64,000 nucleotides of DNA from Nanobdellota archaeon (GTDB lineage Archaea; Nanobdellota; Nanobdellia; Parvarchaeales; Parvarchaeaceae). Positions within the stretch are counted from its first letter, which is position 1; every line of letters starts with the position of its first letter. Below, in pieces: positions 8,573 through 18,691 of this stretch. Both the position numbers and the translations under genes were made by a program. The notes beneath the pieces were generated by a model. It had not been told where the DNA came from, searched no databases, and saw only the letters and a list, made by a program, of their open reading frames with translations. The stretch covers positions 140,253 through 204,252 of the forward strand of contig JAKAPK010000002.1 in assembly GCA_021807125.1 (NCBI GenBank). The letters run 5' to 3'.

Positions 8573-9338
8573 GCTTAACAGACTGCTGAACCTTATTTAT
8601 AGGGATCTGCGAATCCAATTCACAATATCCACCGTCGCGTGGACTTTGTTATCACCAATAGCGTTCATATTCTTTACAGGAATGATGATGGGCGCACTCG
8701 TACAAAGTGTTAGCATAAATGGACAATCTGTAACATATCTTGCTTTTCTTATACCTGGCATAATAGCTGAGCAGGTTCTATCTGGGGGACTTATGGCAGG
8801 TTGGACTGTGGTTGCAGACAGAAGGGAAGGTGACTTAGAACAGATTCTTTCAATGCCATTTACAAGGTTAGATTATATAGCTGCAATGCTGATATCTATG
8901 ATATTGTTTACGCTAATGTATGTTAGCGTTGTCGTTGTGCTTGCATCTGCAATATCTGCGATAAACATAAGTTTAATGGCCGTATTGATGATGCTTGTTT
9001 ATTTGGTTGCTGGCACACTTATATTCGGTTCTATAATGTTGATGATAGTGACGATATCGCGTTCGTACACTGCTATAAACATAGCTGGGGCATTTATCGC
9101 GTCTATTCTTATATTTGCGAGTTCGGTATACTACCCGATAAATGCAAATACTCCCGTCGTACTGTCATACATTGCGTACTCAAATCCATTGACTTACATA
9201 GTTAACGGGATAAGACAGGCGTTTTTCGGAGGGCTAGATCCGACTTCCCTGTTTGTAATGGGCCTACTTGTACTACTATCATTTGCAATAATGACGGTAG
9301 TTACTCTTTTCTATGAAAGGTCAAAAACCCTGCTTTAA
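8556..9338 (+). CDS. ABC-2 type transporter permease
   Basis: Six TM segments, YLAFLIPG and NPLTYIVNGIR motifs; overlaps the ATPase gene. Confidence 0.88.
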   Translation: MMNMNRLNRLLNLIYRDLRIQFTISTVAWTLLSPIAFIFFTGMMMGALVQSVSINGQSVTYLAFLIPGIIAEQVLSGGLMAGWTVVADRREGDLEQILSMPFTRLDYIAAMLISMILFTLMYVSVVVVLASAISAINISLMAVLMMLVYLVAGTLIFGSIMLMIVTISRSYTAINIAGAFIASILIFASSVYYPINANTPVVLSYIAYSNPLTYIVNGIRQAFFGGLDPTSLFVMGLLVLLSFAIMTVVTLFYERSKTLL

Positions 9339-9382
9339 TAAGGGTTAAAAACTATAAAACGGGTAAATTTCTTATAGAATGT

Positions 9383-10045
9383 ATGCTCGCAAATAACCCT
9401 TTTATAGTGATAACCTCAACTGGAAAGGAGATAGTCGTAGACAGGATTAAAGAAAAGGTAGAATTACAGCTACATATAAACTCCGCGATAAATCAGGGGG
9501 GCTTGATAATCTTAAAGGGAGATCCTGGGGTGGGAAAAAGCACGCTGCTTAACTGGATACTTCTTGATTTAAAGAACAAAGGCGACCTTCAGGTAATCAA
9601 AGAGGATTTCACGCCGTCGATATACAATAAACTTCGTGCAGTAAGCCTGCCGCAAAATAAGAAAGTTCTTGTTATGCTTGACGATTTCAATAACATAGAA
9701 TTACTTGATAAATCCGGTCAAGACAAAATAATAAAACTTATCTCAGAGCTATCGCTAAGAATCGGCATTCTATTGATAGAAAACAGAAAGGAAGGGGTAG
9801 AAAAGGACTTCAAAGCGCTGGGTCATAAATTTGTAAAATTTGAACTTAAGGGACTATCTCATGACGACTTGGAGAAGCTTGTGATCAACAGGCTTAATCT
9901 TAGCAGGGACGTACCTACAGAGCAGCTGGACCCATTTACAGCTGAAGAATTTGAAAAAATTTATAAGAAGTCTTTAGGAAATGCACGCATAGCCCTGTTA
10001 ATCTGCGCGACTCTGTTCGATCAGAAGCAAACCTCATTAATATGA
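9383..10045 (+). CDS. Stand-alone P-loop ATPase (AAA/ExeA-like)
   Basis: Walker A GDPGVGKS, Walker B VMLDD, AAA-type lid IYKKSLGNAR. Confidence 0.7.
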   Translation: MLANNPFIVITSTGKEIVVDRIKEKVELQLHINSAINQGGLIILKGDPGVGKSTLLNWILLDLKNKGDLQVIKEDFTPSIYNKLRAVSLPQNKKVLVMLDDFNNIELLDKSGQDKIIKLISELSLRIGILLIENRKEGVEKDFKALGHKFVKFELKGLSHDDLEKLVINRLNLSRDVPTEQLDPFTAEEFEKIYKKSLGNARIALLICATLFDQKQTSLI

Positions 10046-10114
10046 GACTTTGGTCTCTTAATACAGTGGAGCTTTCTAAATATAATTTAGGGCTAATTAT
10101 ACTGTGATACAAAT

Positions 10115-10936
10115 ATGAAGACACGACCGACAACTAGTGCGATATTGTTAACTGTGTTTGCTATAACGATAATGGGGTCTGTCGCATTCACACAATACTC
10201 AATCTATGTTTTATCCTCACTCAATGTTAGCACATCTCAAATTTACACTGTCCCACCATACGAAGAGTTGCTGGTACTTCTTGTTGCATTATTCGGGATA
10301 ACTGCGTTATTCATTTATCTTATAAAACGAGGATTGCAAAAAATAATATTTTGGTCCTTCGTAGCCATAAGCTGGCTGATATTATTCGATTTTTTCCAGT
10401 TTATCCTGTCAGCAGTATTCGCATTAATCGTCTCCATATTACTAGTATTGTATTATTACAGATATTCCGGGCGCACTGGGAGAAACGTGATAAACGTGGT
10501 AATATTCCTTACAGTTGCGTCTACGTTGTCTCTTGCGTTGGGGCTTGTACCAAGCGTGATACTCACTGCGATAATAGCGATCTATGATTATATAGCGGTG
10601 TACAAGACTAAGCATATGATTAAACTTGCCAAAGGAATATCGGAATACGGTTCTCTCGCTGGATTCGTGTTTCAGGCTAAAAATTTAATCAAAAAACGCG
10701 CTATACTGCTTGGGGGCGGGGATGTAGTATTTCCTGCGGTGTTAATAAATTCCGTGTTTACGGCGTATGGTGCAATAGCTTCCACATTTACATTCGCGGG
10801 CGCATTGACTGGACTTTGGATCATAATTGCCTTTGGAAAGCGCAATAAAGCATACCCGGCTATGTCCTTTATAGGGCCTCTTGAGCTTTTGGCATTAGGC
10901 ATCTTTTTAATGTTGAGCATGTTAATCCGATTATGA
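10115..10936 (+). CDS. Presenilin/signal-peptide-peptidase family intramembrane aspartyl protease (A22)
   Basis: YDYIAV, LGGGD (GxGD) and YPAM (PAL-like) motifs in a multi-TM protein. Confidence 0.9.
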   Translation: MKTRPTTSAILLTVFAITIMGSVAFTQYSIYVLSSLNVSTSQIYTVPPYEELLVLLVALFGITALFIYLIKRGLQKIIFWSFVAISWLILFDFFQFILSAVFALIVSILLVLYYYRYSGRTGRNVINVVIFLTVASTLSLALGLVPSVILTAIIAIYDYIAVYKTKHMIKLAKGISEYGSLAGFVFQAKNLIKKRAILLGGGDVVFPAVLINSVFTAYGAIASTFTFAGALTGLWIIIAFGKRNKAYPAMSFIGPLELLALGIFLMLSMLIRL

Positions 10937-11238
10937 ACACAACACTAAATGACGAAAAGATAATCGAAGCACTAAAAAATTGCTACGATCCTGAAATACC
11001 GGTAAACATATACGACTTGGGTTTGGTATATAAAATTGATGTGAAAGGAAAAAGCGTGTTTATACTTATGTCATTAACTTCTCCGTTTTGTCCTGTAACT
11101 GATATGCTGGTTGAACAAGTAAAAAGCGCAGTCTCCACTTTTTCCGGAGCCGAAAACGTGGAAGTTGAAATAACGTTTGACCCTCCTTGGGACACCAGTA
11201 AGATGTCTGAATCTGCGAAAGCACAGCTCGGACTTTGA
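10933..11238 (+). CDS. DUF59/SufT-like Fe-S assembly protein
   Basis: DPEIPVNIYDLGLVY, LTSPFCP and FDPPW motifs. Confidence 0.9.
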   Translation: MNTTLNDEKIIEALKNCYDPEIPVNIYDLGLVYKIDVKGKSVFILMSLTSPFCPVTDMLVEQVKSAVSTFSGAENVEVEITFDPPWDTSKMSESAKAQLGL

Positions 11239-11241
11239 TAC

Positions 11242-11667
11242 TCAACCTAATTCTGCAACCAATTTTAGTACTAATTTTTTAATAAGATCTCTGTTTCTCC
11301 TGTGCTGTTCTAGAAAATCCTTTGACCTTGCATCGGAATCTGTTATACCGTAGTATACTGTTTTTGGAGAGTTAGTTACATATTTCGGCAGTATATGCAA
11401 TTGTTTCTCGTCCAAAAGTACGACGATTTTATCGGATCGCTCCACGTCTTTTCTTGTGACCGGCCTGCCAAGTTTATATTTCATCCTTATCCCGAGTTCT
11501 CCCATTACCTTCATTGTGCCTCTGACTCCCTTATCCGCTCCGGGAGAGCGTGGGTTTTTGCCTATGCCTGCACTTTTAGCGCTGTTCTTCTTTGAAAGTT
11601 TGTTGAAAAGAAGTTCGGCCATGCGGCTCCTTCCAGCATTATATTTACAGATGAAAAGCACTTCCAA
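11242..11667 (-). CDS. Low-molecular-weight phosphatase/ArsC-family protein
   Basis: N-terminal FICKYNAGRSRMAE (CX5R P-loop) and SAG. Confidence 0.85.
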   Translation of the reverse strand: MEVLFICKYNAGRSRMAELLFNKLSKKNSAKSAGIGKNPRSPGADKGVRGTMKVMGELGIRMKYKLGRPVTRKDVERSDKIVVLLDEKQLHILPKYVTNSPKTVYYGITDSDARSKDFLEQHRRNRDLIKKLVLKLVAELG

Positions 11668-11681
11668 AATACGCTTGATTG

Positions 11682-12782
11682 TTAGTCAAGAAACTTTGCT
11701 TCCTTTAATTTTTCTGGAAGATACGTGTTTGATATAAAAGAAAGGCCTTTAGAAGAAAGTGCATTCAGTTCCACCTTCGCACCGAGTTTTTCCATTTTGT
11801 CCAGTTCTTCGGTCCACTCCTTACTGTTTTTAAACCATTCGTAATTCTTCACCTGTTGCAAGCGGGCCACATCTACGTCTTTGAATTTTATAAGATGTTT
11901 CTTCAAACCGTATTTTTCTATATCATCAACCCTTATACCCAAAAACTTTGCTTCTGGCAATGCCAGTTTGTCGGAAGCGTGGGCTAAGGTTATAGAACCA
12001 AACTTCAATGTTGAATAAATGTATATACCCCATATATCGCCATCTGTAAGTACGTAAACTGGTAGTCCATGCTCGCTATTCAAACGCTGTAGAAGTCGCC
12101 TTATACCTCTGGTAGACTGACCTTGACTTGCAAGTATGACGCAGTTCAATTTCTTCCATACTTTGTCTTCGTTTAGACGTTCGAAAATGTCTGCCTTTTC
12201 AAGATAAATAACAAATTTAGCATCCACCTTCTTGAATGTTATATCTTCCGTGTTGCTTGGTATCGACCATCCGCCACTCCCCAGTTTAGACCAGTCTATA
12301 GTATCGCCTCTGTCTTCAATGATTACTTCTCCTGCTATGGACCCGTTCTTGTTAGCATTTATGTGTAATTCTTCCCTTGTCAAATCGGTTATAAGTTCTA
12401 AGTCTTCTATCGCTTTGTTTGTTTCTTCCTGAACCGAAACAAGTTCGATGTTTGTGCCCGGTATCGTGTGTTTTATCTGGTAAAAAATGTCCCTGAGCCC
12501 GGTGTGCAAGCCACTCCTTATCAATTCTCTACTCTTGGCTGCAACTCCTATCGTCTGCACGAACTTTCTTACGTGACCGACGTTTAAGAAGAAGCGCTTG
12601 GACATGTTACTGCCAAGTGTTATCATCCTCTTCTCCTTGTCGTATTTTACGTTAGAAAGGTTTCGTATTGGAACATCCAGGTAGGGGCTTTCGCCTTTTT
12701 CCACCTCTTTGTATATAGAAGTCCCGAGCTCTTCTATAAGTTTAAGGTTCCTCTTCCGGGGTTTTTCATCTGCCATATTCAA
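11682..12782 (-). CDS. top6A: DNA topoisomerase VI subunit A
   Basis: LRDIFY catalytic Tyr, Toprim LEKAD and LTDGD, VELNAL; Spo11/Top6A architecture. Confidence 0.95.
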   Translation of the reverse strand: MNMADEKPRKRNLKLIEELGTSIYKEVEKGESPYLDVPIRNLSNVKYDKEKRMITLGSNMSKRFFLNVGHVRKFVQTIGVAAKSRELIRSGLHTGLRDIFYQIKHTIPGTNIELVSVQEETNKAIEDLELITDLTREELHINANKNGSIAGEVIIEDRGDTIDWSKLGSGGWSIPSNTEDITFKKVDAKFVIYLEKADIFERLNEDKVWKKLNCVILASQGQSTRGIRRLLQRLNSEHGLPVYVLTDGDIWGIYIYSTLKFGSITLAHASDKLALPEAKFLGIRVDDIEKYGLKKHLIKFKDVDVARLQQVKNYEWFKNSKEWTEELDKMEKLGAKVELNALSSKGLSFISNTYLPEKLKEAKFLD

Positions 12783-14650
12783 TTATTACCACCTTCTGTA
12801 CTTGTCGCATCCGACGATATTTTTTCAGTAACTATCTCATTTGAGCTTAGAGATTCCTTTACGTGTTGCTCGACCTCGCTCTTTCTCTTCTCTATAAGAG
12901 ATTTTATCTTTGTCTTTAATTTCTTTTCGTCTATATCTGTAAGTTCAGAAAGAAATGCTGCAAGTTCTTCGCCGTATTTGTCAAAAAGCCCGAGCTTCTC
13001 TTCGAATAACCTATTCCTATGCTTACGGCTAAGGAAGAGCGCCATGTTTCTTACTAATTCTTGTAAGGCGAGTTTTATTTCTTTGGTTATTATAGGGTAA
13101 CTTGCCACGGCCGTCTTTCCTTCGTTGGTGTAAGGTACCCATACGGACGCTATATGCAGTAAAAACACTAAAGGTCCTATCGGTTGTTTGTTTTCGACTT
13201 TAACGCCGTATCTGGGAAAGTCAACGCCTATGAAACTCTGCGTCAACGCACACGAAGCTGAATCAAATAATAGCGGTATTTTATTCGCGTACCTTAAGAG
13301 TGTCGCCTTATCGTTGGTTATCCCACCGCCATATGCGACTGCTGCTTCTATCTGGAAAGGCATGCCACGGTATACTTCTGGCTTTCTACTAACTGCTTTG
13401 ACATATTCTGGTTTGAACTCGAGTTTAAGTCGTTTCTCTAGTTCTTCAACCCCTATAGGGGACAAACAATCCGTTTGCGGTCTCATCAAATCAAGAGCTT
13501 GTAGGGCTTTCAATATGGAATTAGCCTGCATTCTATCAACGTCTTCAGGTTTCATTCGAGGATCTAACCCGACACTCTTTATCGTCGAAGCTGCTACAGC
13601 ACCGCTTACCCTAGAAAGCTCTTCTTCTAACACTCCTTTTAATGTCCTCTCTGTAGAATTCTTTAGTATGCGCATGAATATGCCTATCTCAAGGCCCTGT
13701 GGGTGCGGCTTTATTGAAGTGGCTTCCTTTGGTAGACTTTCTGTAACCCGTTTATAATTGAATTTGTCTCCATTCGGGTTGGTATAATGTATTATCACGG
13801 AAGGATTCACAAGCGAAGTGCGTCGCATATATTCATCTATACCTTTGCTGCCTGTAAGGTACAGCCCTTCTATTTCCAATTCTATTTGCGTGCCATGTTC
13901 ATATGGAAAATCCGCTTCGCTTTTTTCTAGTACTTCGGGTTCATTCTTAAGTATGTTTATCTGAACCTTCATCATCGTAGCTTTTTTCTGACTTTTTATC
14001 TTGGATATTACTGTAGCCGGTTTTCCTGTCGTAAGCTGGGAATAAAGCACGGCAGAGTGGATTCCTATTCCTTGCTGACCTCGTCCCTGCTTCATTGATT
14101 GAAACTTACTTCCGTATAACATCCTTCCAAATATGTCTGGTATTTTTGAAGGCAGTATGCCAGGACCGTTATCGATGATTTTTATGTTGAATATCGGGGC
14201 TGTTTTCTTTATCCGCAGCTGTGCACCGTTTAATGTCACTGCCAACTTATCGTTGTTCTCTGTTACTGTAAATTCACTTTCATCAAACTTAAACACGACC
14301 TTGCTACCTCTCATGGGCTTAGTGTCACTCTTGCCTTTGTACAGTAAGGTATAGTCTTTTTTCTGCACCATCATTTGTGCGACATTAACTTTTTCGTCGA
14401 GAAGCTGATAGTTGTCACTCATGGCCTTAACTTCCACCGTTATTTCCGGCAAAGAGACTTCTTCTTTGTTCTGCTCTTGTATGTGTCCCAATTCTTCACA
14501 TGCATCGAGGCTGTTGTCCACCGCTTCTTTAACACATGTCAATAAAGCTTTTTGTTTATTGTCAAAGCCGAGAAGGTGCCTGTTCTTTTCAAAGAATTCA
14601 GTAACGCTAATCGCCCGTTGTTTCTTCGCTAATTCCTCTGCTACTTCCAT
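12779..14650 (-). CDS. top6B: DNA topoisomerase VI subunit B
   Basis: EAVDNSLDA, DNGPG, GRGQQGIG (GHKL), H2TH, RYANKIPL, WVPY; carries an insert of about 70 aa. Confidence 0.95.
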   Translation of the reverse strand: MEVAEELAKKQRAISVTEFFEKNRHLLGFDNKQKALLTCVKEAVDNSLDACEELGHIQEQNKEEVSLPEITVEVKAMSDNYQLLDEKVNVAQMMVQKKDYTLLYKGKSDTKPMRGSKVVFKFDESEFTVTENNDKLAVTLNGAQLRIKKTAPIFNIKIIDNGPGILPSKIPDIFGRMLYGSKFQSMKQGRGQQGIGIHSAVLYSQLTTGKPATVISKIKSQKKATMMKVQINILKNEPEVLEKSEADFPYEHGTQIELEIEGLYLTGSKGIDEYMRRTSLVNPSVIIHYTNPNGDKFNYKRVTESLPKEATSIKPHPQGLEIGIFMRILKNSTERTLKGVLEEELSRVSGAVAASTIKSVGLDPRMKPEDVDRMQANSILKALQALDLMRPQTDCLSPIGVEELEKRLKLEFKPEYVKAVSRKPEVYRGMPFQIEAAVAYGGGITNDKATLLRYANKIPLLFDSASCALTQSFIGVDFPRYGVKVENKQPIGPLVFLLHIASVWVPYTNEGKTAVASYPIITKEIKLALQELVRNMALFLSRKHRNRLFEEKLGLFDKYGEELAAFLSELTDIDEKKLKTKIKSLIEKRKSEVEQHVKESLSSNEIVTEKISSDATSTEGGNN

Positions 14651-15152
14651 TTATGTACAACTCACCTAATCTTTTGTTTATTATTACGAACGCGGTCTCG
14701 TGTTTCGCACCATTCAAAATCGCGTCGACTGCTTCAAACGCAATGGCTAACCTTTGATAGGTTCCAATTATACTTATAGTTTTTCCTTTTACCTTTATAA
14801 AGCATGAGGTCGCACGGCTCAAGCGGTCCTTTATTGCGCCCCTGCTACCTATAACGCGGGCTTTTAGCTCATACTGTCTTTTCTTTGACGTCGTGTAATC
14901 GTTCAAATTTATCACTTGTATATCATATTCGTCATTAAGAAGCATAGCTGCTACGGCCGTACCGAAACCTCTATTAAAAGCAACCAAGCAATTCTTTACT
15001 GCAAGAAGGTTTGAAGCACTTTCTGCTTCTAGTATTACTACATTTTCTTTTATCGATAATTTAACGGATGTATCTCTTAGTTTTTTCAAGAACTTCGGCT
15101 TTTCCGCAAGAAGCTCTGCGGATTTTCTTGTCAAAAGTATTTGGTCCTCCAT
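14607..15152 (-). CDS. KH-domain rRNA-processing protein Pno1/Dim2
   Basis: LKARVIGSRG KH motif, GAKHETAF; conserved position upstream of top6B. Confidence 0.85.
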   Translation of the reverse strand: MEDQILLTRKSAELLAEKPKFLKKLRDTSVKLSIKENVVILEAESASNLLAVKNCLVAFNRGFGTAVAAMLLNDEYDIQVINLNDYTTSKKRQYELKARVIGSRGAIKDRLSRATSCFIKVKGKTISIIGTYQRLAIAFEAVDAILNGAKHETAFVIINKRLGELYINGSSRGISEETTGD

Positions 15153-15153
15153 T

Positions 15154-16746
15154 TTACAGATCTTTCACCATATAACTATTCTCAAGATGATAGCCATTCT
15201 TTTTATAGTATTCCCTTACACCCACACCAGATATTATTTTTATCTTTTTTAGATTATATTCGTGTCTTGCTATCGATTCGGCCTCTTCCAAAAGAGACTT
15301 TCCATAGCCTTTGTGCTGAAAGCTTTCTTTTTCTTCGTAAGATATCGGCGCTTGTATGCCGTACACGTGTAGTTCCCTGATTAGCCCTACGTCGGAACAG
15401 TCAGTTATTCTAAACCTAAGGAAACCTATAATGCCTAAATTCGCCTCGTCTTCTATACTTAAGAACACTTCGTCTCCGCCGGCCGCCCTATAAGTCTCGC
15501 GTTTTAGAGAGATTATAGGGGATTTTGTAATTTTTATGTGGCCGATCTCCCTGCTTCGTATATCATTAGGGGATTTTCCAAGGCTTTTTATCCTATCAAA
15601 AACTAGTTGTCTAAAGTTTGTGATCCTTATTCCTCCTTGTATCATTGTAGATGGGATGTCACGCTCCACACGCATTATTCTGAGCCATTTTGGTGCGTTT
15701 ATTTCCGCCTCGGCAACGATGTCTATGGTGTCCTCGAGTGGATAAGTCGAATAAAGTCCTTTTTCCCACATGTTATATAGCGCGGTCCCCTTTATCACAA
15801 GAGTCGGATATATCTTTATGGCATCGGGTCTAAGACTTTCGTCGTTGTACGCCTGTCGTATAGTCTCCCTATCTTTATCGATGTCCGAGAACGGTAAGTT
15901 TATCATTATATGATGGTCCACTTTATACGCATTATTTCTTAAACGCGCTGTCGAATCTCTTACATCTTGTATTGTGTGGCCCCGATTATTTTTAAATAAG
16001 ACGTCATCAAAGACGCTCTGCATTCCCATTTCAACGCGTGTAGCTCCATATCTCAAAAGTTGTCTTATATCATTATCGTCGCAGCGCTCCGGTTTTGTCT
16101 CTATTGCAAGAGCTACGCAGCGTATGCCGGCGGTTTCGTTCTTCTTCTCTTCAGCCATTAGATCTGATTCCGTATTTTTAACGTTTGGAAAATCGTTAAG
16201 TGCCTTGTATGTCCTTGTAATAAAATCATCGCGGTATTCTTTTGGTAGTGTCGTGAATGTCCCTCCTATTATTATTGTTTCTATTTTTTCCGGTGCGTAG
16301 CCTAAGAACTTGTAGTGCTTGAGTCTCGCTTGTATTTGTGCGTAAGGATCATAATTGTTAAATTTAGCCCTTCTTGCTGCAGGTTCCTCGCCGGTATAAC
16401 TCTGAGGAGTATTGAAGCGCGTCCCCCCTGGGCAGAATATACACACGCCATGCGGACAATCGAACGGCTTGGTCATAAGCGCAACGACTGACACCCCTGA
16501 AGCAGTCCTTACCGGTTTTGATTTTAATACGGATTTAAAACGATTAATGTACTCTTCTGATAGTAGCGACAGGACTTCTCCATTCTTAGGTATTCGGTCT
16601 ATGCCAAGCTCGGAGCAGATGTCTCTTTTTGACTTCAAAAGTTCAGCTCTTGTTTTTATTTTTCCAGAGGTAAGCCTGTCTAAAAACATAGGCACGAACT
16701 TTTCTTTTAATACAGACTCCTTATCCATCAAAGTAATACTATCCAA
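15154..16746 (-). CDS. elp3: tRNA uridine(34) acetyltransferase Elp3 (radical SAM plus KAT)
   Basis: CPHGVCIFCPGG, QSYTGEEPA, IRELHVYG, QHKGYG, ISGVGVREYY. Confidence 0.95.
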   Translation of the reverse strand: MDSITLMDKESVLKEKFVPMFLDRLTSGKIKTRAELLKSKRDICSELGIDRIPKNGEVLSLLSEEYINRFKSVLKSKPVRTASGVSVVALMTKPFDCPHGVCIFCPGGTRFNTPQSYTGEEPAARRAKFNNYDPYAQIQARLKHYKFLGYAPEKIETIIIGGTFTTLPKEYRDDFITRTYKALNDFPNVKNTESDLMAEEKKNETAGIRCVALAIETKPERCDDNDIRQLLRYGATRVEMGMQSVFDDVLFKNNRGHTIQDVRDSTARLRNNAYKVDHHIMINLPFSDIDKDRETIRQAYNDESLRPDAIKIYPTLVIKGTALYNMWEKGLYSTYPLEDTIDIVAEAEINAPKWLRIMRVERDIPSTMIQGGIRITNFRQLVFDRIKSLGKSPNDIRSREIGHIKITKSPIISLKRETYRAAGGDEVFLSIEDEANLGIIGFLRFRITDCSDVGLIRELHVYGIQAPISYEEKESFQHKGYGKSLLEEAESIARHEYNLKKIKIISGVGVREYYKKNGYHLENSYMVKDL

Positions 16747-16781
16747 ATTAGGATTAAATATCTATTAGTGCTTCATATTTT

Positions 16782-18689
16782 ATGCACAAGAAGGCACAGT
16801 TCCTTACCTTAGTCTTTACCGTATTATCTATAATAATAGTCGTAGGCGCGCTCGAACTAGAGTACAGTAATGTATCAGCAAATCAATCTTTAAGTCTTTT
16901 TGCTTCTTCTTCAAGCGTTTCAAAGGCATTAACTTACAATGCACTGTATGAGTCTAATCTAATAAACGCCATTAACCCAACACAAGGAGCATACAACGCA
17001 TATGTCAGTTTTCTAAGCTATTTTAATACTAATTTCATACCATCGTATAACATAAGTGGGGGCGGTAACAACGTCGGAAATTCATATGGCTACACGTCTT
17101 TTTATTATACGTTACCAATAACTATAAACAGCGGTAACGACATAAGCAGCGTCTATCAACAGCGTATAGTGTTAAACTCGTCTATATACTCAAAATATGA
17201 GAACGCATCGCTTAACAACGTGCAATTCACTTACACTAACGGCTCCGTGATACCTTCATGGTTGGAATCGGGGAATCTTGCAGAATTCAACGGCAACGAT
17301 TCGTGGATAAATGGTACTGGCAAGAGCGGACTGGCCGGCATGAAAAGTTTAACTGTATCGGGTTGGCTCTACACGATGAATCTAAGCCATGTAAACGTTC
17401 TTGTGCATAAGGAATCCTCATATGTCTTATACATAACTAAAAGTCAGATAGATTTCGTGGTTTCTAATGGGACTTATTCGTGGTTGTATACCGATGCTCA
17501 GAGCTTTAACTTTAAACCGTATACTTGGTATTTTCTAACCGGAACGTGGAACGGCACGCAAATAAATATTTATATAAACGGCCAAAAAATTGGTTCGCCA
17601 CTAACAACCCCTGTGTTTACGATATCGCCAGATAGTAATGAAGTCGATATAGGTGTATGGGGTACTTGGAACCTTAAAGTTGGTGGTTCAATAGAACAAG
17701 GGTATATGGCAAACGTGCAGATTTATAACAGTTCATTAGATGAGGGACAGGTGTCGGGCCTTTACGCTGATGGTATGGCGGCTAGTCCTATTGGAGGACA
17801 AGACCTTCTGGCTTGGTGGCCTCTAGCAGGTAATTCATTGGACTCGAGCGGGAACGGATTTAACGGGGTGGAAAATAATATAAACTTCGATGCTCCAGGA
17901 TCTGCTAGCACGGCAACTACTTATTATATCAAACTACCTGGTATTTTGGCTAATATATCTGAAACTATAGACGCTAGAATTTACAGGTATTCTTCAACAT
18001 TAAACTCATTCAACACGGGCGAGGCACCCGAATTTTCTCAGGTGTACGGACAATACGATGATGGAGCCGAGGTGTTCAATTTTTATGAGAATTTTGAAGG
18101 AAATTCCCTTCCATCGGGGCTGTCTGCAACCGATGCGGCGGGAGCGTCCGTGAATAATGGACTTGAGTTGAGCGCAGGGTCAGTTTATACTAATACGGCG
18201 GTATTTTCTTCCTTAAACAACGTGGAAGAAATGTACGCCGAATACACGACTTTGAACTCTGCTAACTACACTGGCATAATGCAGTCTAATTCGCAGGCCC
18301 CTCAGGGCGGCAACGCAGGATCGAACGCAGAGATACTCTGGATGACAAACAACCTTGTAAATAGTTATTACGCATGGTCAGGTAACGGGGGTGCTGCGTC
18401 TTATAACTTACAAAATGGACTAAGTTCCCCTTTCACGCCGTCCTTAAATAAATTTTATATAATCGGATCATTTGTAAACGGTAGCAAGATCGGAGAGCAG
18501 GTTAATTATGTAAACGAACTTACTGCGGTAGGGACTTACAATACAAACCAATACGTAATATTAGGTTACTTTATCGGAAAAAATTCCGGCACGGAGAAAT
18601 TAAATCCTATAAAGATAAACTGGATCCGTGTACGTGCTTATCCGCCAAATGGTATCATGCCTTCAGTAAGTTTTGGTACTCTTATTTAG
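16782..18689 (+). CDS. Surface protein with pilin-like N-terminus, DUF2341-like region and LamG domain
   Basis: MHKKAQF plus hydrophobic helix; LamG motifs (FNGNDSWI, WYFLTGTWNGTQINIYING, MANVQIYNSSL, LAWWPL); DUF2341-like halves and C-terminal IRVRAYPPNGIMPSVSF. Confidence 0.75.
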   Translation: MHKKAQFLTLVFTVLSIIIVVGALELEYSNVSANQSLSLFASSSSVSKALTYNALYESNLINAINPTQGAYNAYVSFLSYFNTNFIPSYNISGGGNNVGNSYGYTSFYYTLPITINSGNDISSVYQQRIVLNSSIYSKYENASLNNVQFTYTNGSVIPSWLESGNLAEFNGNDSWINGTGKSGLAGMKSLTVSGWLYTMNLSHVNVLVHKESSYVLYITKSQIDFVVSNGTYSWLYTDAQSFNFKPYTWYFLTGTWNGTQINIYINGQKIGSPLTTPVFTISPDSNEVDIGVWGTWNLKVGGSIEQGYMANVQIYNSSLDEGQVSGLYADGMAASPIGGQDLLAWWPLAGNSLDSSGNGFNGVENNINFDAPGSASTATTYYIKLPGILANISETIDARIYRYSSTLNSFNTGEAPEFSQVYGQYDDGAEVFNFYENFEGNSLPSGLSATDAAGASVNNGLELSAGSVYTNTAVFSSLNNVEEMYAEYTTLNSANYTGIMQSNSQAPQGGNAGSNAEILWMTNNLVNSYYAWSGNGGAASYNLQNGLSSPFTPSLNKFYIIGSFVNGSKIGEQVNYVNELTAVGTYNTNQYVILGYFIGKNSGTEKLNPIKINWIRVRAYPPNGIMPSVSFGTLI

Positions 18690-18691
18690 GG

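Noticed and set aside
14607-14650. 44-nt overlap of the KH-protein 3' end with top6B
   Set aside because: Ordinary stop-codon drift in a compact, conserved operon.
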